NCBI RefSeq assembly: GCF_000968375.1
Contig: NZ_CP009933.1
Location: 4,318,787-4,350,786, forward strand
DNA: 32,000 bases
Direction: 5' to 3'
Source: Clostridium scatologenes
GTDB taxonomy: Bacteria; Bacillota; Clostridia; Clostridiales; Clostridiaceae
Positions 1-9,290 of the stretch are shown piece after piece. Both the position numbers and the translations under genes were made by a program. Below the pieces are notes generated by a model. The model was given only the letters and a program-made list of their open reading frames with translations. It was not told where the DNA came from and made no database searches. The number at the start of each line of letters is the position of its first letter. Position 1 is the first letter of the stretch.

Positions 1-124
1 GATTAAAGCAGCCCTTGCAATTATGTTCACATCCTTGTGAAAATAATACACGTCTTAGCCCAGGACCATTCACTAAGCTTTCATAAATTATTCCTGATAG
101 TCTTATACTTTTATTTAAACTCAT
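1..124 (-). CDS. nrdG: anaerobic ribonucleoside-triphosphate reductase activating protein (radical SAM); 5' part only, runs off the left edge
   Basis: Own minus-strand translation from ATG at 124-122 gives MSLNKSIRLSGIIYESLVNGPGLRRVLFSQGCEHNCKGCFN, which contains the CxxxCxxC radical-SAM motif. GGAGGG lies 6 nt upstream. The gene sits directly downstream of nrdD. Confidence 0.8.
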   Translation of the reverse strand, partial: MSLNKSIRLSGIIYESLVNGPGLRRVLFSQGCEHNCKGCFN

Positions 125-157
125 CTCAATCCCTCCAAGTATGATTTTTAATTTAAA

Positions 158-182
158 AGACAGAGATATAACCTCTCTGTCT
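158..182 (-). terminator. intercistronic stem-loop between nrdD and nrdG (partial terminator or processing hairpin)
   Basis: 9-bp stem AGACAGAGA/TCTCTGTCT with a 7-nt loop. On the minus strand it is followed by TTTTAAATT. Confidence 0.4.
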
Positions 183-197
183 TTGTATAAATATCAT

Positions 198-2300
198 TTA
201 ATAGACATGCTTATTACTGCCTTGAGATAACCTATCTGATCTTTCTGCTACCTTTCCTGATCCAAACCTTTCATCTAAAGAAAGATACCCTGTTACCCTT
301 GATATACCCTGTATGTTATCACTTCCACATTTAGGACAATTATCTTCATCATGAAGATATGTTCCACAACATCTGCAATATCTTATGTGAAAGTTAATGC
401 CCATATAACTTATATTTGTGTTATCATAAGCATAATTTAATATGTCCATTATAGTTTCTGCTGTAGGATAGTCATCTAATTCTATATAGCTTATATGTCC
501 AGCATTACATAATTTATGATAAGGCGCTTCTATATCAATTTTATCTTTTATGGAGATAGGAAACCCTACTGGTATATGATAAGAATTAGTATAATAATCT
601 TTATCAGTTACTCCCTTTATATTTCCAAATATTTTTTGATCTTGAACTATAAATTTACCACTTAAACCTTCTGCTGGAGTAGCATAGCAGCTCCAATTTA
701 GATGAGTTTCTTCTATTAATTTATCCATGTAATTTCTAATATAAGAAACTATTTCTACCCCTAATTTTCTAGAATTTTCATCTTCACCATGATGTTTACC
801 TGTTAAGGCTATTAAAGTTTCAGCTAATCCTATAAACCCAACAGACCATGTTCCTTGCTTTAATATTGGCTCTATAGAATCATCAGGTTCTAAATTTTCA
901 GATCCTTTCATAAGTCCTTGTCCAGCTACAAAAGGTAAATCTTTAACTCTTAATCGCTTAAGTACACTGTACCTATGCATTAGAGCTTCTTTTGCAAGTT
1001 CTAATTTGCTATCCAAAAGTTTAAAAAACTTACTTATATCTTTTTTTGCTACAATTCCAAGTCTAGGTAAATTTATAGTAGTTGGTGCTATATTTCCTCT
1101 ACCTTTTGTTCCTGGTTCTCCATTTACATTAGCACATACATAAGTTCTACATCCCATAGTAGCAGGAACTACACCTTGGTCATAATAAAATTTGTTAAAA
1201 TCCGCATCTAAATTCATAAAAGTAGGATTCATTCTTTTTGAAGCTACTCTACAAGCTAACTTAAACAAATAGTAATAAGGATCTCCTGGTTCCTTATTTA
1301 CACCTTTCTTTACTCTAAATATTATATTAGGGAAAATAGGCTGTTCTCCCATTCCTAAACCTTTTTCATATTCCGTCAAAAATACTTCGCAAACTAATGC
1401 TGAATCATCAGAATTAGGTATGCCAATATTTATAGAACTAAAAGGCACTTGTGAACCAGCTCTTGAATGCATGGTGTTTAAATTATAAACAATCCCCTGC
1501 ATTGACTGTTCTACAGCTCTTCTAAGCTTTTTTTCCACAAGGTTATTTACTTTTTGTTCATCTACACCTAACCCCGTAAGTTCATTCCTTATTTCTTTTC
1601 TTGTAGGTTCTATAAACACTCCCATATCATTATCAAAATCTGGATGAGACTGTCCTCCGAACATATCATTTTGAGTTGACTGCAAAAGTATACATGAAAG
1701 TTCTGCCGCTGACTCTATTCTTCTAGGAGGTCTTATATTCCCATATCCTGTATTAAAACCTCTTGTTAGTATTTCTCTTGTAGGTATATGTAAACAGTTG
1801 GTAGTTAAATTATAACTATCTAAATCATGATAATATATATCACCATTTTCATGTGCTTTAGCTAAATATTTAGGCATAATAGATAAGTTATGCCACTTAT
1901 TTGATTCACTAGCTATTCTAAGCAGTTTTGAACTAAAATTATTACCTACATTTGCATTATCTCTATCAGTTTCCACTCCTATTTTTTCAATAGCCCTCAT
2001 TAAATCAGATTTTATCTCTCTTATTTTATTTCTTTCTTTTCTATAATTAGAATAAGCTGTTCCAATTTCTCTGTAGTCATTTTCTAAAAGTGTCTTTTCA
2101 ACAAGGTTTTGTATTCGTTCTACATTTATTTCATTAGCATCAAGTTCTTCTAATTGCTTTATAACTTTTTGCGTTAGCTCTATAAATTCACTTTCTTTTA
2201 AATCATAACCTATTTCTTCTGAAGAGCCCTTTATGGCATTAGTTATTTTCATAGAGTCAAACTCTACTTCTCTGCCATCTCTCTTCACAACATGTAGCAT
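198..2300 (-). CDS. nrdD: anaerobic ribonucleoside-triphosphate reductase (class III RNR)
   Basis: 700-aa ORF with an N-terminal ATP-cone-like segment, a C-terminal Cys4 cluster (CRCCG...CPKCG) and the glycyl-radical motif RVTGY. SD GGAGGAATG lies upstream. Confidence 0.97.
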   Translation of the reverse strand: MLHVVKRDGREVEFDSMKITNAIKGSSEEIGYDLKESEFIELTQKVIKQLEELDANEINVERIQNLVEKTLLENDYREIGTAYSNYRKERNKIREIKSDLMRAIEKIGVETDRDNANVGNNFSSKLLRIASESNKWHNLSIMPKYLAKAHENGDIYYHDLDSYNLTTNCLHIPTREILTRGFNTGYGNIRPPRRIESAAELSCILLQSTQNDMFGGQSHPDFDNDMGVFIEPTRKEIRNELTGLGVDEQKVNNLVEKKLRRAVEQSMQGIVYNLNTMHSRAGSQVPFSSINIGIPNSDDSALVCEVFLTEYEKGLGMGEQPIFPNIIFRVKKGVNKEPGDPYYYLFKLACRVASKRMNPTFMNLDADFNKFYYDQGVVPATMGCRTYVCANVNGEPGTKGRGNIAPTTINLPRLGIVAKKDISKFFKLLDSKLELAKEALMHRYSVLKRLRVKDLPFVAGQGLMKGSENLEPDDSIEPILKQGTWSVGFIGLAETLIALTGKHHGEDENSRKLGVEIVSYIRNYMDKLIEETHLNWSCYATPAEGLSGKFIVQDQKIFGNIKGVTDKDYYTNSYHIPVGFPISIKDKIDIEAPYHKLCNAGHISYIELDDYPTAETIMDILNYAYDNTNISYMGINFHIRYCRCCGTYLHDEDNCPKCGSDNIQGISRVTGYLSLDERFGSGKVAERSDRLSQGSNKHVY

Positions 2301-2316
2301 ACATCATTCCTCCAAA

Positions 2317-2332
2317 CTACAATATATTGTGT
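2317..2332. promoter_or_regulatory. NrdR box (operator) in the nrdD leader
   Basis: The minus-strand reading ACACAATATATTGTAG matches the NrdR-box consensus acaCwAtATaTwGtgt at 14/16 by my count. A much weaker second copy (2338-2353, about 21 bp centre-to-centre) overlaps the -10. Confidence 0.7.
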
Positions 2333-2345
2333 TAAGCACGTTGAT

Positions 2346-2374
2346 ATTATACTATGGGAAAATTTTTTAGGCAA
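2346..2374 (-). promoter_or_regulatory. sigma-A type promoter of nrdDG
   Basis: Minus strand reads TTGCCT, 17-nt spacer, TATAAT. Confidence 0.55.
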
Positions 2375-2545
2375 TTTTTTAATTAGGGTTAAGACTATAT
2401 TAAAACAATTTAGTTTTATCTACCTCTAAATTCTTTTGTTTTTTACTAAACATTATGATTTGATATTTAAATTTTATCAGATATTTTTTTTATTTTATTG
2501 AATAATTAACTAATAAGTGAAAAAAATATCATAGAGGTGACCTTT

Positions 2546-2722
2546 ATGATTGGAAAAATTATTGATATAAATTTTACAGATGCTTTTATAAATTTCGAAG
2601 ATGGAACAACACTAGATATTGGAATTTCTCATTTACCGCCTAACTCCAAAATAGGAGATTCCATAAATGTCAATCCTAATTCTATTAAAACAAAAAATGA
2701 TAAACTTATAGATTTGTTTTAA
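2546..2722 (+). CDS. small DUF3006-like protein (hypothetical)
   Basis: ATG at 2546 follows GAGGTGA. The pattern MIGKIIDINFTDAFINFEDGTTLDIGISHLPPNSKIGDSI resembles DUF3006 (IDRFEGD.A..E.EDG....I....LP...KEGD). The family assignment is from memory. Confidence 0.55.
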   Translation: MIGKIIDINFTDAFINFEDGTTLDIGISHLPPNSKIGDSINVNPNSIKTKNDKLIDLF

Positions 2723-2767
2723 TTCATTGAAATATTTGGAAATATGTATTATAATAATTTTATTAAG

Positions 2768-2858
2768 ATAGTGCTAGGGGTGCCTCTTTGAGGCTGAGAG
2801 ATAAAATATTTTATTAACCCTTGTACCTGATCTGGATAATACCAGCGTAGGAAAGCGA
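2768..2858 (+). ncRNA. TPP (THI-box) riboswitch aptamer
   Basis: CTAGGGGTGCC...GGCTGAGAG...ACCCTTGTACCTGATCTGGATAATACCAGCGTAGGAA carries the hallmark THI-element motifs and lies directly upstream of a ThiT-type transporter gene. The expression platform (2859-2949) is not resolved. Confidence 0.9.
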
Positions 2859-2949
2859 TAACATGTGTAACTTTCTAATGTATAATAAATTTTATGCATT
2901 CTTCTTATTTTCAGCATTCAGGTATCTCTTAGCACAAAGGAGGTATTTC

Positions 2950-3582
2950 ATGTCACTTAGTAAAAACTTTTTAGAAATTGTCTCACACCCAACATCCTTA
3001 TTTGCTCTTTTAGCTCTAATATTATTTATACTTTTCATTGCAAAAGTAAAAAATGTAAAATTTAATACTCATCTTATTACTCAAATAGGAATTGCTTTAG
3101 CTTTAGCAACAATACTTAAAATCTTTAGAATTTACCATCTTCCTCAAGGCGGAAGTGTAACATTAGGTAGTATGATTCCTATTATTTTAATGGCTTTATT
3201 TTATGGTCCTGAAGTAGGATTTATTACAGGCTTTCTATATGGCATAATAACACTTATTCTAGATCCATATATTCTTCAGCCAGTTCAAGTTTTATTTGAT
3301 TATCCTTTGCCATTTATGGCTTTAGGACTAGCTGGATACTTTAAAAATAATAAGCTCCTAGCTACCTTTATCGCAGTGTTTGGGCGTTTCATATGTCACT
3401 TTATATCAGGTATAGTGTTTTTTGGAAGTTTTGCTCCAAAAGGCATGTCCCCTGCAGTATACTCACTTATGTCAAATGGTATTTTCTTAAGTATAGAAGG
3501 TGCTATATGCTTAGTAATTATTGCAGCATTACCGATAAAACAGCTATCTGCAGCAGCAACTAAAAAAATCCCTCAAAATTAA
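2950..3582 (+). CDS. thiT: thiamine transporter ThiT (ECF S-component)
   Basis: ATG at 2950 is preceded by AAGGAGG. The multi-TM protein has LFDYPLPFMALGLAGYF and CHFISGIVFFGSFAPKG...AVYSLMSNG, which parallel ThiT signature stretches. It is controlled by the TPP riboswitch. The listed ORF start at 2863 would overlap the riboswitch platform. Confidence 0.85.
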   Translation: MSLSKNFLEIVSHPTSLFALLALILFILFIAKVKNVKFNTHLITQIGIALALATILKIFRIYHLPQGGSVTLGSMIPIILMALFYGPEVGFITGFLYGIITLILDPYILQPVQVLFDYPLPFMALGLAGYFKNNKLLATFIAVFGRFICHFISGIVFFGSFAPKGMSPAVYSLMSNGIFLSIEGAICLVIIAALPIKQLSAAATKKIPQN

Positions 3583-3583
3583 A

Positions 3584-3616
3584 AATAAGAAAGCTTAAAG
3601 CTTTCTTATTTTTTTA
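3584..3616. terminator. bidirectional rho-independent terminator (thiT / mrp convergent)
   Basis: AATAAGAAAGC-loop-GCTTTCTTATT, flanked by an A-run and a T-run. Confidence 0.8.
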
Positions 3617-4462
3617 CATTATCCTATTTTTTAAGTTATTTATTAATTCTTCATATTCATCAGATTTTGCTAAAAATTCTTCTACTGTACCATTCTCCAT
3701 ACTTTCAACTAAATCTAAATTTATAGGCATTTCTGCAAGAAGTGGTACTCCTAAATGTTCAGCATGTTCTTGCGCAGATTTTTTACTAAATACATTTATT
3801 TTTTCTCCACACTTTCCACATTTAATATAAGACATATTTTCTACTACACCAATTACATCTATATTCATTTTTTGAGCCATTATAATTACTTTTTTAACTA
3901 TCATTGACACCATATCTTGAGGTGTAGAAACTACAACCAATCCTTCTAGTGGTAATTCCTGCATTATAGTTAATGCAATATCACCTGTTCCTGGTGGCAT
4001 ATCTATAAGTAGATAGTCTAATTCATCCCATTCAGTATCAGTGTACATTTGTTTTAATACTCCTGTAATCACCGGTCCTCTCCATATAACTGGCTGTTCC
4101 TCTTCTTCTGTTAAAAGATTTAAAGATATGACTTTAATTCCATTTGAAGTTTCTACAGGTCTAAACTTTATTTCCTCACTATCTCCTACCTGAATCATAT
4201 CTGCTCTCTTATTATTTATACCAAAAAATCTAGGCATTGAAGGACCTGTTATATCACCATCTAGTACTCCAACTTTGTGTCCTCCTTTACTTAACTTGGT
4301 TGCCAATATACCTGTAACAGTTGACTTACCAACTCCACCTTTACCACTTATAACACCTATTATATGCTTTATCTTACCATATTTAGGCTCTAATTTATTA
4401 TTACATCCTACTCCTGCACTATCGCAGTTTCCTTTGCTTGAACAACTATCACAATTACTCAT
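3614..4462 (-). CDS. Mrp/NBP35 (ApbC-like) Fe-S cluster carrier ATPase
   Basis: Deviant Walker A GKGGVGKST, a DMPPGTGD motif and a Cys-rich N-terminus (CDSCSSKGNCDSAGVGC). Confidence 0.9.
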   Translation of the reverse strand: MSNCDSCSSKGNCDSAGVGCNNKLEPKYGKIKHIIGVISGKGGVGKSTVTGILATKLSKGGHKVGVLDGDITGPSMPRFFGINNKRADMIQVGDSEEIKFRPVETSNGIKVISLNLLTEEEEQPVIWRGPVITGVLKQMYTDTEWDELDYLLIDMPPGTGDIALTIMQELPLEGLVVVSTPQDMVSMIVKKVIIMAQKMNIDVIGVVENMSYIKCGKCGEKINVFSKKSAQEHAEHLGVPLLAEMPINLDLVESMENGTVEEFLAKSDEYEELINNLKNRIM

Positions 4463-4522
4463 TGCTGTTTCCTCCCTGTGATATAAAAATTTATTTATAA
4501 TTTTATAAACATACTTAAAAAT

Positions 4523-5368
4523 TTAAAATTTATCAGGCTTAGTATCTGTAATGTTGAAATTCCAACTATTCTTATATTCATCAACTATATAATACTTTTT
4601 TTCAATTTTTGTTTTTTTATCCCATAAACTCACAATACCTTTATACATTGTGGATTTATATCCTTCAGTACTTATTGTTAGCCATATATCATAATTTTCC
4701 TTATCTTTATCTGCTACTGATACATTTTTAAACTTACTACTTAAATCACTATTAAAATCTTGTAAATCTGTAGATAATATAAATTTAGCTGAATTTATAT
4801 CACTTTTTAAATTTATACCAACACTTTTATCTTTATTTTCGCCTTTTAAATATTGATCTAAAACGTTAGTTATAGATTTATAATAAACCTCTTTAAAATT
4901 CTTTGGTTTCCTTATATTCCAATAATTGTTTATTATATCACTATCTATTCTTTTAGATACAATATATGTTTTTCCATCGCCATAAAAATTCCCTGAATCC
5001 TTTTTATCCAAGCCCGTAATATAATTAAACTTATGTACCTTATTGTTTCCTTCATCCATTTCAAATGTATAATCAGGTTCCAGTGAGGTTTTTTGGCTTG
5101 CACTTTTTGCAGTAGATAACACATCATATATTTCATTGATAACCTTTTTATCTGTAACTGTAAATCTAAATCCTTGATCCCTTGTGTTTTGTATTACTAT
5201 TTTCTCTATCTTACCCTGTTTTATGTACTCAAAATCATTGTTTTTAAGTCCAACTTTAACCTTAAGATCATTAATTTTACTGCATCCAGATACAGTAAAA
5301 CAAAATAATAAAACCATAACTATAATTATGATTTTGCTATTTCTCATTTTTTTAATTCCCATTTTCAC
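4523..5368 (-). CDS. hypothetical lipoprotein
   Basis: GTG start 7 nt after AGGAGG. Signal peptide with lipobox (LLFCFTVSGC). I see no recognisable catalytic motif. Confidence 0.7.
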   Translation of the reverse strand: MKMGIKKMRNSKIIIIVMVLLFCFTVSGCSKINDLKVKVGLKNNDFEYIKQGKIEKIVIQNTRDQGFRFTVTDKKVINEIYDVLSTAKSASQKTSLEPDYTFEMDEGNNKVHKFNYITGLDKKDSGNFYGDGKTYIVSKRIDSDIINNYWNIRKPKNFKEVYYKSITNVLDQYLKGENKDKSVGINLKSDINSAKFILSTDLQDFNSDLSSKFKNVSVADKDKENYDIWLTISTEGYKSTMYKGIVSLWDKKTKIEKKYYIVDEYKNSWNFNITDTKPDKF

Positions 5369-5615
5369 ACAATTACCTCCTGAACCTTAAGAACTTCTAG
5401 ATACCATATTTTTTAATTTACTTATATTATAAAGAAACTACTTTTCCATTGTTTCCTTCCTTTCTACCATAATACAATAAAAAAAAACCAAGTGCAAAGC
5501 ATATTCCAACAATTTCAAAAAAAGTTGGTTTTATAACTCTATATTAACCTCCTACAAAATTAAATACTTAAATATATTGAGTATTTAAAAAATCTCAACA
5601 ATATTATAACATATT

Positions 5616-5638
5616 AAAAAACTGCGATGCAGTTTTTT
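5616..5638. terminator. rho-independent terminator downstream of the 195-aa gene
   Basis: AAAAAACTGC-GAT-GCAGTTTTTT. Confidence 0.7.
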
Positions 5639-5655
5639 AATTCGCAGTTTACTAA

Positions 5656-6243
5656 TTATTCTTTATAATCAAAAGTTTGTACTATAGTTTTAAATATGGT
5701 TGGCATATTTTCCTTAAAATTATCTTCTGATACAAAAAAAGAAAATCTTATAAACTTATTCTTGTCCTTTATAAAATATTCATATCCTTTATAAGCCTTA
5801 TTACTAGATGTAATTATAGTATATTCTACTAAGTATCCATCTCTATTGTTTATTTTAACTGGTTTTATTTCATAACTCTTATATAAATTTTGCTCACTAG
5901 ATATTTTCTTACTTTCTTTAAGAAAATCTTTCAACTCCATATTTAAATCCCATACTTCTACAAATCCATGAATCTTTGAATCTTTAGTATTGAAATCATT
6001 ATGATATATAATTTCATTGCCGGGAAATTTTTGTTCTTTAGCACTCCATTCTGCAGGCAATTTATACGAAAATTTTTTATCTAATACTTCATATTGTACT
6101 AAAGAATTTATATTATTCTGTATTAATGCAGTAAACTTGAGCCTTGCATCAAAATTCCTTTCTAGACTAAATAAAACAAGCATTAAACCAATTATAATTA
6201 TAGTTACTCCTAACCTTTTCCTATTTATTATTATTACCTTCAT
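5656..6243 (-). CDS. hypothetical membrane-anchored protein
   Basis: 195-aa ORF with an N-terminal TM helix (LGVTIIIIGLMLVLFSL). SD AAGGTGG lies upstream. Confidence 0.7.
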   Translation of the reverse strand: MKVIIINRKRLGVTIIIIGLMLVLFSLERNFDARLKFTALIQNNINSLVQYEVLDKKFSYKLPAEWSAKEQKFPGNEIIYHNDFNTKDSKIHGFVEVWDLNMELKDFLKESKKISSEQNLYKSYEIKPVKINNRDGYLVEYTIITSSNKAYKGYEYFIKDKNKFIRFSFFVSEDNFKENMPTIFKTIVQTFDYKE

Positions 6244-6294
6244 CTTAATACCACCTTACATTTTAAATAAGAGTTTTTATTTAATTATATGAAA

Positions 6295-6329
6295 ATAGTA
6301 CTGGAAATATTAAATATTCCCAGTACTAT
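6295..6329 (-). terminator. terminator hairpin downstream of the 459-aa gene
   Basis: ATAGTACTGGAAATAT/ATATTCCCAGTACTAT form a stem of about 15 bp with one mismatch. The minus strand has a T-rich tail. Confidence 0.55.
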
Positions 6330-6341
6330 ACTTTCTCCATA

Positions 6342-7721
6342 TTATTTTTTTACTGGTATCATGATAGTAGATGTTCTAAAATCATAGAACATAAGCCAGT
6401 ATCCCATAGCCTCTTCTCTTTCATCATCAACATTTAAAGGCATCCATGTAACAAATCCAGACCTACCACCATAAGGTTGGTCCATCTTAGATTTAGTTCC
6501 TGCTATACCATATACAAGATATTTCATTTCTCCATCTTTATTAAGCTTATATCCTATTATATAATGCTTTTGTTTTATTATATACTGATAATAATTCATC
6601 ATAGGATAATATATCATTGAGTACCTATTATAATCAGACATATCGTACATGGATTTTGGTGAAGTCACAGGTATCTTATACCAATTACATCTTTTTATTT
6701 CAGAAGAAACTTCTCCCATGAATTCAAACCCTTGTACTAAATTTCTAAAAAAGCTCTTTTCATCCATTTGAGGATAATTTTCATCTACTTTTGGATTTAT
6801 GTTCGCATCTTTTTTACTTTGTTTCTTTAATGTGTATTCACGTTCTCCTTTTCCATAGTTGTCTTTTTCCATATCATATTTTTTATTCACATTTTCTTTA
6901 TTATTCATATTATTTTTATCACTTATATTAATTTTTTTATTTACATTTTCTTCTGCTTTTGTGTTATCTTTTTTATTTACAATAGATCCTTCTTTTACAT
7001 TATCTTTTTTAATTATGTCCATTTTTTCTTTTACATTATCTTTTTTTGTTACTTTTATTTCTTCTTTTACATTATTCTTTTTTGCCACATTTGACTCTTC
7101 TTTTATAATATTCTTCTTAAAATTATTTTCTTTATTTATATATTGTTCTTTTTTAGAATTATCTTCTTTAGGTAGAATTTTAACATTTTCTATCTGTTTA
7201 GTTTTATTTTCTCCTTTTAAGGATTCTATGTTTTCTTCATACTTGTCAAACATACTGTTCGGAGTATTTGCTACTTTTTCTTTCTCAACCTTTAAGTCAA
7301 CCATAACAAATGTTTTCCAATCAGGTATTTCAGTGCTTGCAAATCCACTCATAACAGGTATTATATTTGAATCTAAAAATTTAACTATAGCAGCACCAGA
7401 AATCTTATCCATAGATATACCAGTACCAGCTATATTATCTGCTGAATATTCATGACAAATATCTGCTCTGCCATAATCATCTATGTTTATCTGTGATATT
7501 TTTATTACCTTCCTTATATCCTTCTTATTACAAATTAAAAGCATATAATAAGGAGCACTTTCTTTTTTTAAGTTTTGTACATAATATGATATTTTGCACT
7601 TATCATTTTTCAGCTCCAATTTTGCGTACCCAGAAGCTACTTTGTCGGAAGATATTGAATACCCTTTTTCATCTTCTTGTAATATTATAAAATACCTACT
7701 ATAACTCTTTTTTTGAGCCAA
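6342..7721 (-). CDS. hypothetical protein with a central Lys/Asn/Glu-rich 12-aa repeat linker; conserved-looking N- and C-terminal domains
   Basis: TTG start 9 nt after GGAGG. The C-terminal domain is rich in aromatic residues (YGIAG...QPYGGRSGFVTWMP...GYWLMFYDF). It occupies the position downstream of rsmA where B. subtilis has yabG, but its sequence is not YabG-like. Confidence 0.75.
   Translation of the reverse strand: MAQKKSYSRYFIILQEDEKGYSISSDKVASGYAKLELKNDKCKISYYVQNLKKESAPYYMLLICNKKDIRKVIKISQINIDDYGRADICHEYSADNIAGTGISMDKISGAAIVKFLDSNIIPVMSGFASTEIPDWKTFVMVDLKVEKEKVANTPNSMFDKYEENIESLKGENKTKQIENVKILPKEDNSKKEQYINKENNFKKNIIKEESNVAKKNNVKEEIKVTKKDNVKEKMDIIKKDNVKEGSIVNKKDNTKAEENVNKKINISDKNNMNNKENVNKKYDMEKDNYGKGEREYTLKKQSKKDANINPKVDENYPQMDEKSFFRNLVQGFEFMGEVSSEIKRCNWYKIPVTSPKSMYDMSDYNRYSMIYYPMMNYYQYIIKQKHYIIGYKLNKDGEMKYLVYGIAGTKSKMDQPYGGRSGFVTWMPLNVDDEREEAMGYWLMFYDFRTSTIMIPVKK
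6876..7118 (-). repeat. in-frame imperfect 36-nt tandem repeats (about 6 copies) encoding KK[DN]NVKE-type 12-mers
   Basis: Peptide units are KKNIIKEESNVA / KKNNVKEEIKVT / KKDNVKEKMDII / KKDNVKEGSIVN / KKDNTKAEENVN / KKINISDKNNMN. Confidence 0.8.
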
Positions 7722-7810
7722 CTTCCTATACCTCCATATATTTTATTCATTATAATATATGAAGTAAAATTAAAAAAGTGAACAACTAGTTGTATAATAT
7801 TGTAAAAAGA

Positions 7811-8647
7811 TTATTGTAACTCATATATACAATCTGATAATTTTGCAAATTCTTCTAGAGATAAAGTCTCTCCTCTTCTTTTAAGATCAATGTTTGCATC
7901 AATAAATGCCTTTTCTAAACTTTCCTTTTTCATCCCCAAACTTTTAAGTCCATTCCAAAGAGTTTTTCTTCTCATGTTAAAGGAACTTCTTACTATTTTA
8001 AAGAATAATTCTTTACTTTTAGTTTTTACTCTAGGTTCTAAAAGTCTAGTCAATTTTATAACTATAGAATCTACTTTTGGTCTAGGCATAAAAGAATCAC
8101 AACTTACTTTTCTAACGATTTCTACATCACAATAATATTGCACAAGTATGGATAGCGCTCCATATTCTTTTCTACCAGGTTCTGCAGCAATTCTTTCGCC
8201 CACTTCTTTTTGAATCATTATAGTTAAAGATTCAAATTTATAATTTTCTTTCAATAACTTTGATATTATTGGAGTTGTAACATAATAAGGCAAATTAGCT
8301 ACTACCTTAGTGCCTTTTTCTTCTCCTATAAGTTCGTTAAAATCTACCTTTAATGCATCCTTATGTACTAATTCAAAATTATTAAATTCCTTAAGTTCTT
8401 CATTTAAAATAGGTATTAAATCAGAATCTAATTCAATAGCATAAACTTTTTTTGCTTTTTTTAAAAGCTCTTTTGTTAAAGTTCCCACTCCAGGACCTAT
8501 TTCTATTACCAAGTCATCTTTACTAATATTAGAATTATCAACTATATCCTGTAATACAGAATCATCTATTAAAAAATTCTGTCCTAAACTTTTTGAAAAC
8601 TTAAATCCATATTTTTTTACTATATCCTTTGTAGACAAACCTTCCAT
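7811..8647 (-). CDS. rsmA: 16S rRNA (adenine1518/1519-N6)-dimethyltransferase
   Basis: GQNFLID motif and [13 protein letters not shown]-binding motif. Synteny with rnmV. Confidence 0.95.
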   Translation of the reverse strand: MEGLSTKDIVKKYGFKFSKSLGQNFLIDDSVLQDIVDNSNISKDDLVIEIGPGVGTLTKELLKKAKKVYAIELDSDLIPILNEELKEFNNFELVHKDALKVDFNELIGEEKGTKVVANLPYYVTTPIISKLLKENYKFESLTIMIQKEVGERIAAEPGRKEYGALSILVQYYCDVEIVRKVSCDSFMPRPKVDSIVIKLTRLLEPRVKTKSKELFFKIVRSSFNMRRKTLWNGLKSLGMKKESLEKAFIDANIDLKRRGETLSLEEFAKLSDCIYELQ

Positions 8648-8648
8648 A

Positions 8649-9191
8649 TTATTTCTCCTTATTTATCTTTTTTATTGCCTGTATAAATTCTTCTCTGCTA
8701 ATTCCATAATTATTAAGCCTTGTTAAAAACTGAGCTGAGTTACAATATCCTATTCCAAGTTCTTTCCCAAGAATTTCTCTTTTTTCTTTTGATTTATTGT
8801 TTCCTGTAAGTTCAAAAAAAATCATATCATTTATATTAAAGTTAGATACTTTTTCTTTAACTTCACATTTAGCATTCTCTAAAGCTCTTATTATTACTTC
8901 TGGTTCAGCATTTTCTACACCTATATCACCATTTTTTGTTCCATCTTTTTGAGCTATATAAGCATGTTTTATTCCCTTAACTCTTTTAGATATAATTCTT
9001 CTTATTTTTTCTCCTGCAAAATCAGGATCAGTAAAAACTATTACGCCTTGTCGTCTTTGTGCTTCTTTTATTCTTTCTATAACTTTAGCATTAATACCAA
9101 ATCCACCTACTGCTATAATTTCTGCATCTACAGCTCTTTTTACTGCAGTAATGTCATCTCTTCCTTCAACAACAATAACTTCTTTAATCAT
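8649..9191 (-). CDS. rnmV: ribonuclease M5 (TOPRIM)
   Basis: N-terminal VVEGRDD and [12 protein letters not shown] Toprim motifs. Its stop abuts the rsmA start. Confidence 0.9.
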   Translation of the reverse strand: MIKEVIVVEGRDDITAVKRAVDAEIIAVGGFGINAKVIERIKEAQRRQGVIVFTDPDFAGEKIRRIISKRVKGIKHAYIAQKDGTKNGDIGVENAEPEVIIRALENAKCEVKEKVSNFNINDMIFFELTGNNKSKEKREILGKELGIGYCNSAQFLTRLNNYGISREEFIQAIKKINKEK

Positions 9192-9263
9192 ATGCTCCTA
9201 TTGACCTAAAATTACTAAGTCAACATCCTCCTTTTCTATTTTATTATATTTATTTAATATACA

Positions 9264-9290
9264 GAAAAAAATAGGAGCCTTTGCTCCTAT
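9264..9290 (-). terminator. rho-independent terminator of the yabE-like gene
   Basis: The minus strand reads ATAGGAGC-AAAG-GCTCCTAT followed by TTTTTTT. The stem starts at the stop codon. Confidence 0.8.

Noticed and set aside
2863-2949. N-terminal 29-aa extension of the thiT ORF as listed (start 2863).
   Set aside because: It has no SD and begins immediately after the TPP aptamer, within the expression platform. The internal ATG at 2950 has a strong AAGGAGG.
4275-5390. Short ORFs 4275-4481(+), 4945-5136(-) and 5184-5390(+). Similar antisense or alternative-frame ORFs were seen elsewhere: 6017-6292, 7493-7690, 7890-8135, 8949-9209, 11262-11480, 12968-13231, 15046-15297, 15829-16032, 17167-17502, 19539-19796, 19945-20232, 22597-22800, 22971-23195, 23689-23889, 25186-25368 and 27848-28120.
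   Set aside because: All lie within or antisense to well-supported genes, lack ribosome-binding sites, and have compositionally biased translations.
5441-5556. Possible small hydrophobic ORF on the minus strand (..VIKPTFFEIVGICFALGFFLLYYGRKEGNNGKVVSL) following an AGGAGG.
   Set aside because: There is no ATG, GTG or TTG start in frame after the upstream stop, only ATA/ATT candidates at poor spacing. I cannot support it as a gene without expression or conservation data.
6859-7455. 198-aa plus-strand ORF antisense to the 459-aa gene.
   Set aside because: It is a low-complexity F/L/S-rich translation of the complement of the Lys-rich repeat, with no SD. This is a typical shadow ORF.
9192-9240. 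Strong AAAGGAGG followed directly by ATG-TTG-ACT-TAG (a 3-codon mini-ORF) and an 8-bp hairpin (TTGACCTA..TAAGTCAA) just upstream of rnmV.
   Set aside because: The SD abuts the ATG with no spacer, so translation of the mini-ORF is doubtful. The hairpin is short and AT-rich. This is noted only as a possible leader structure.
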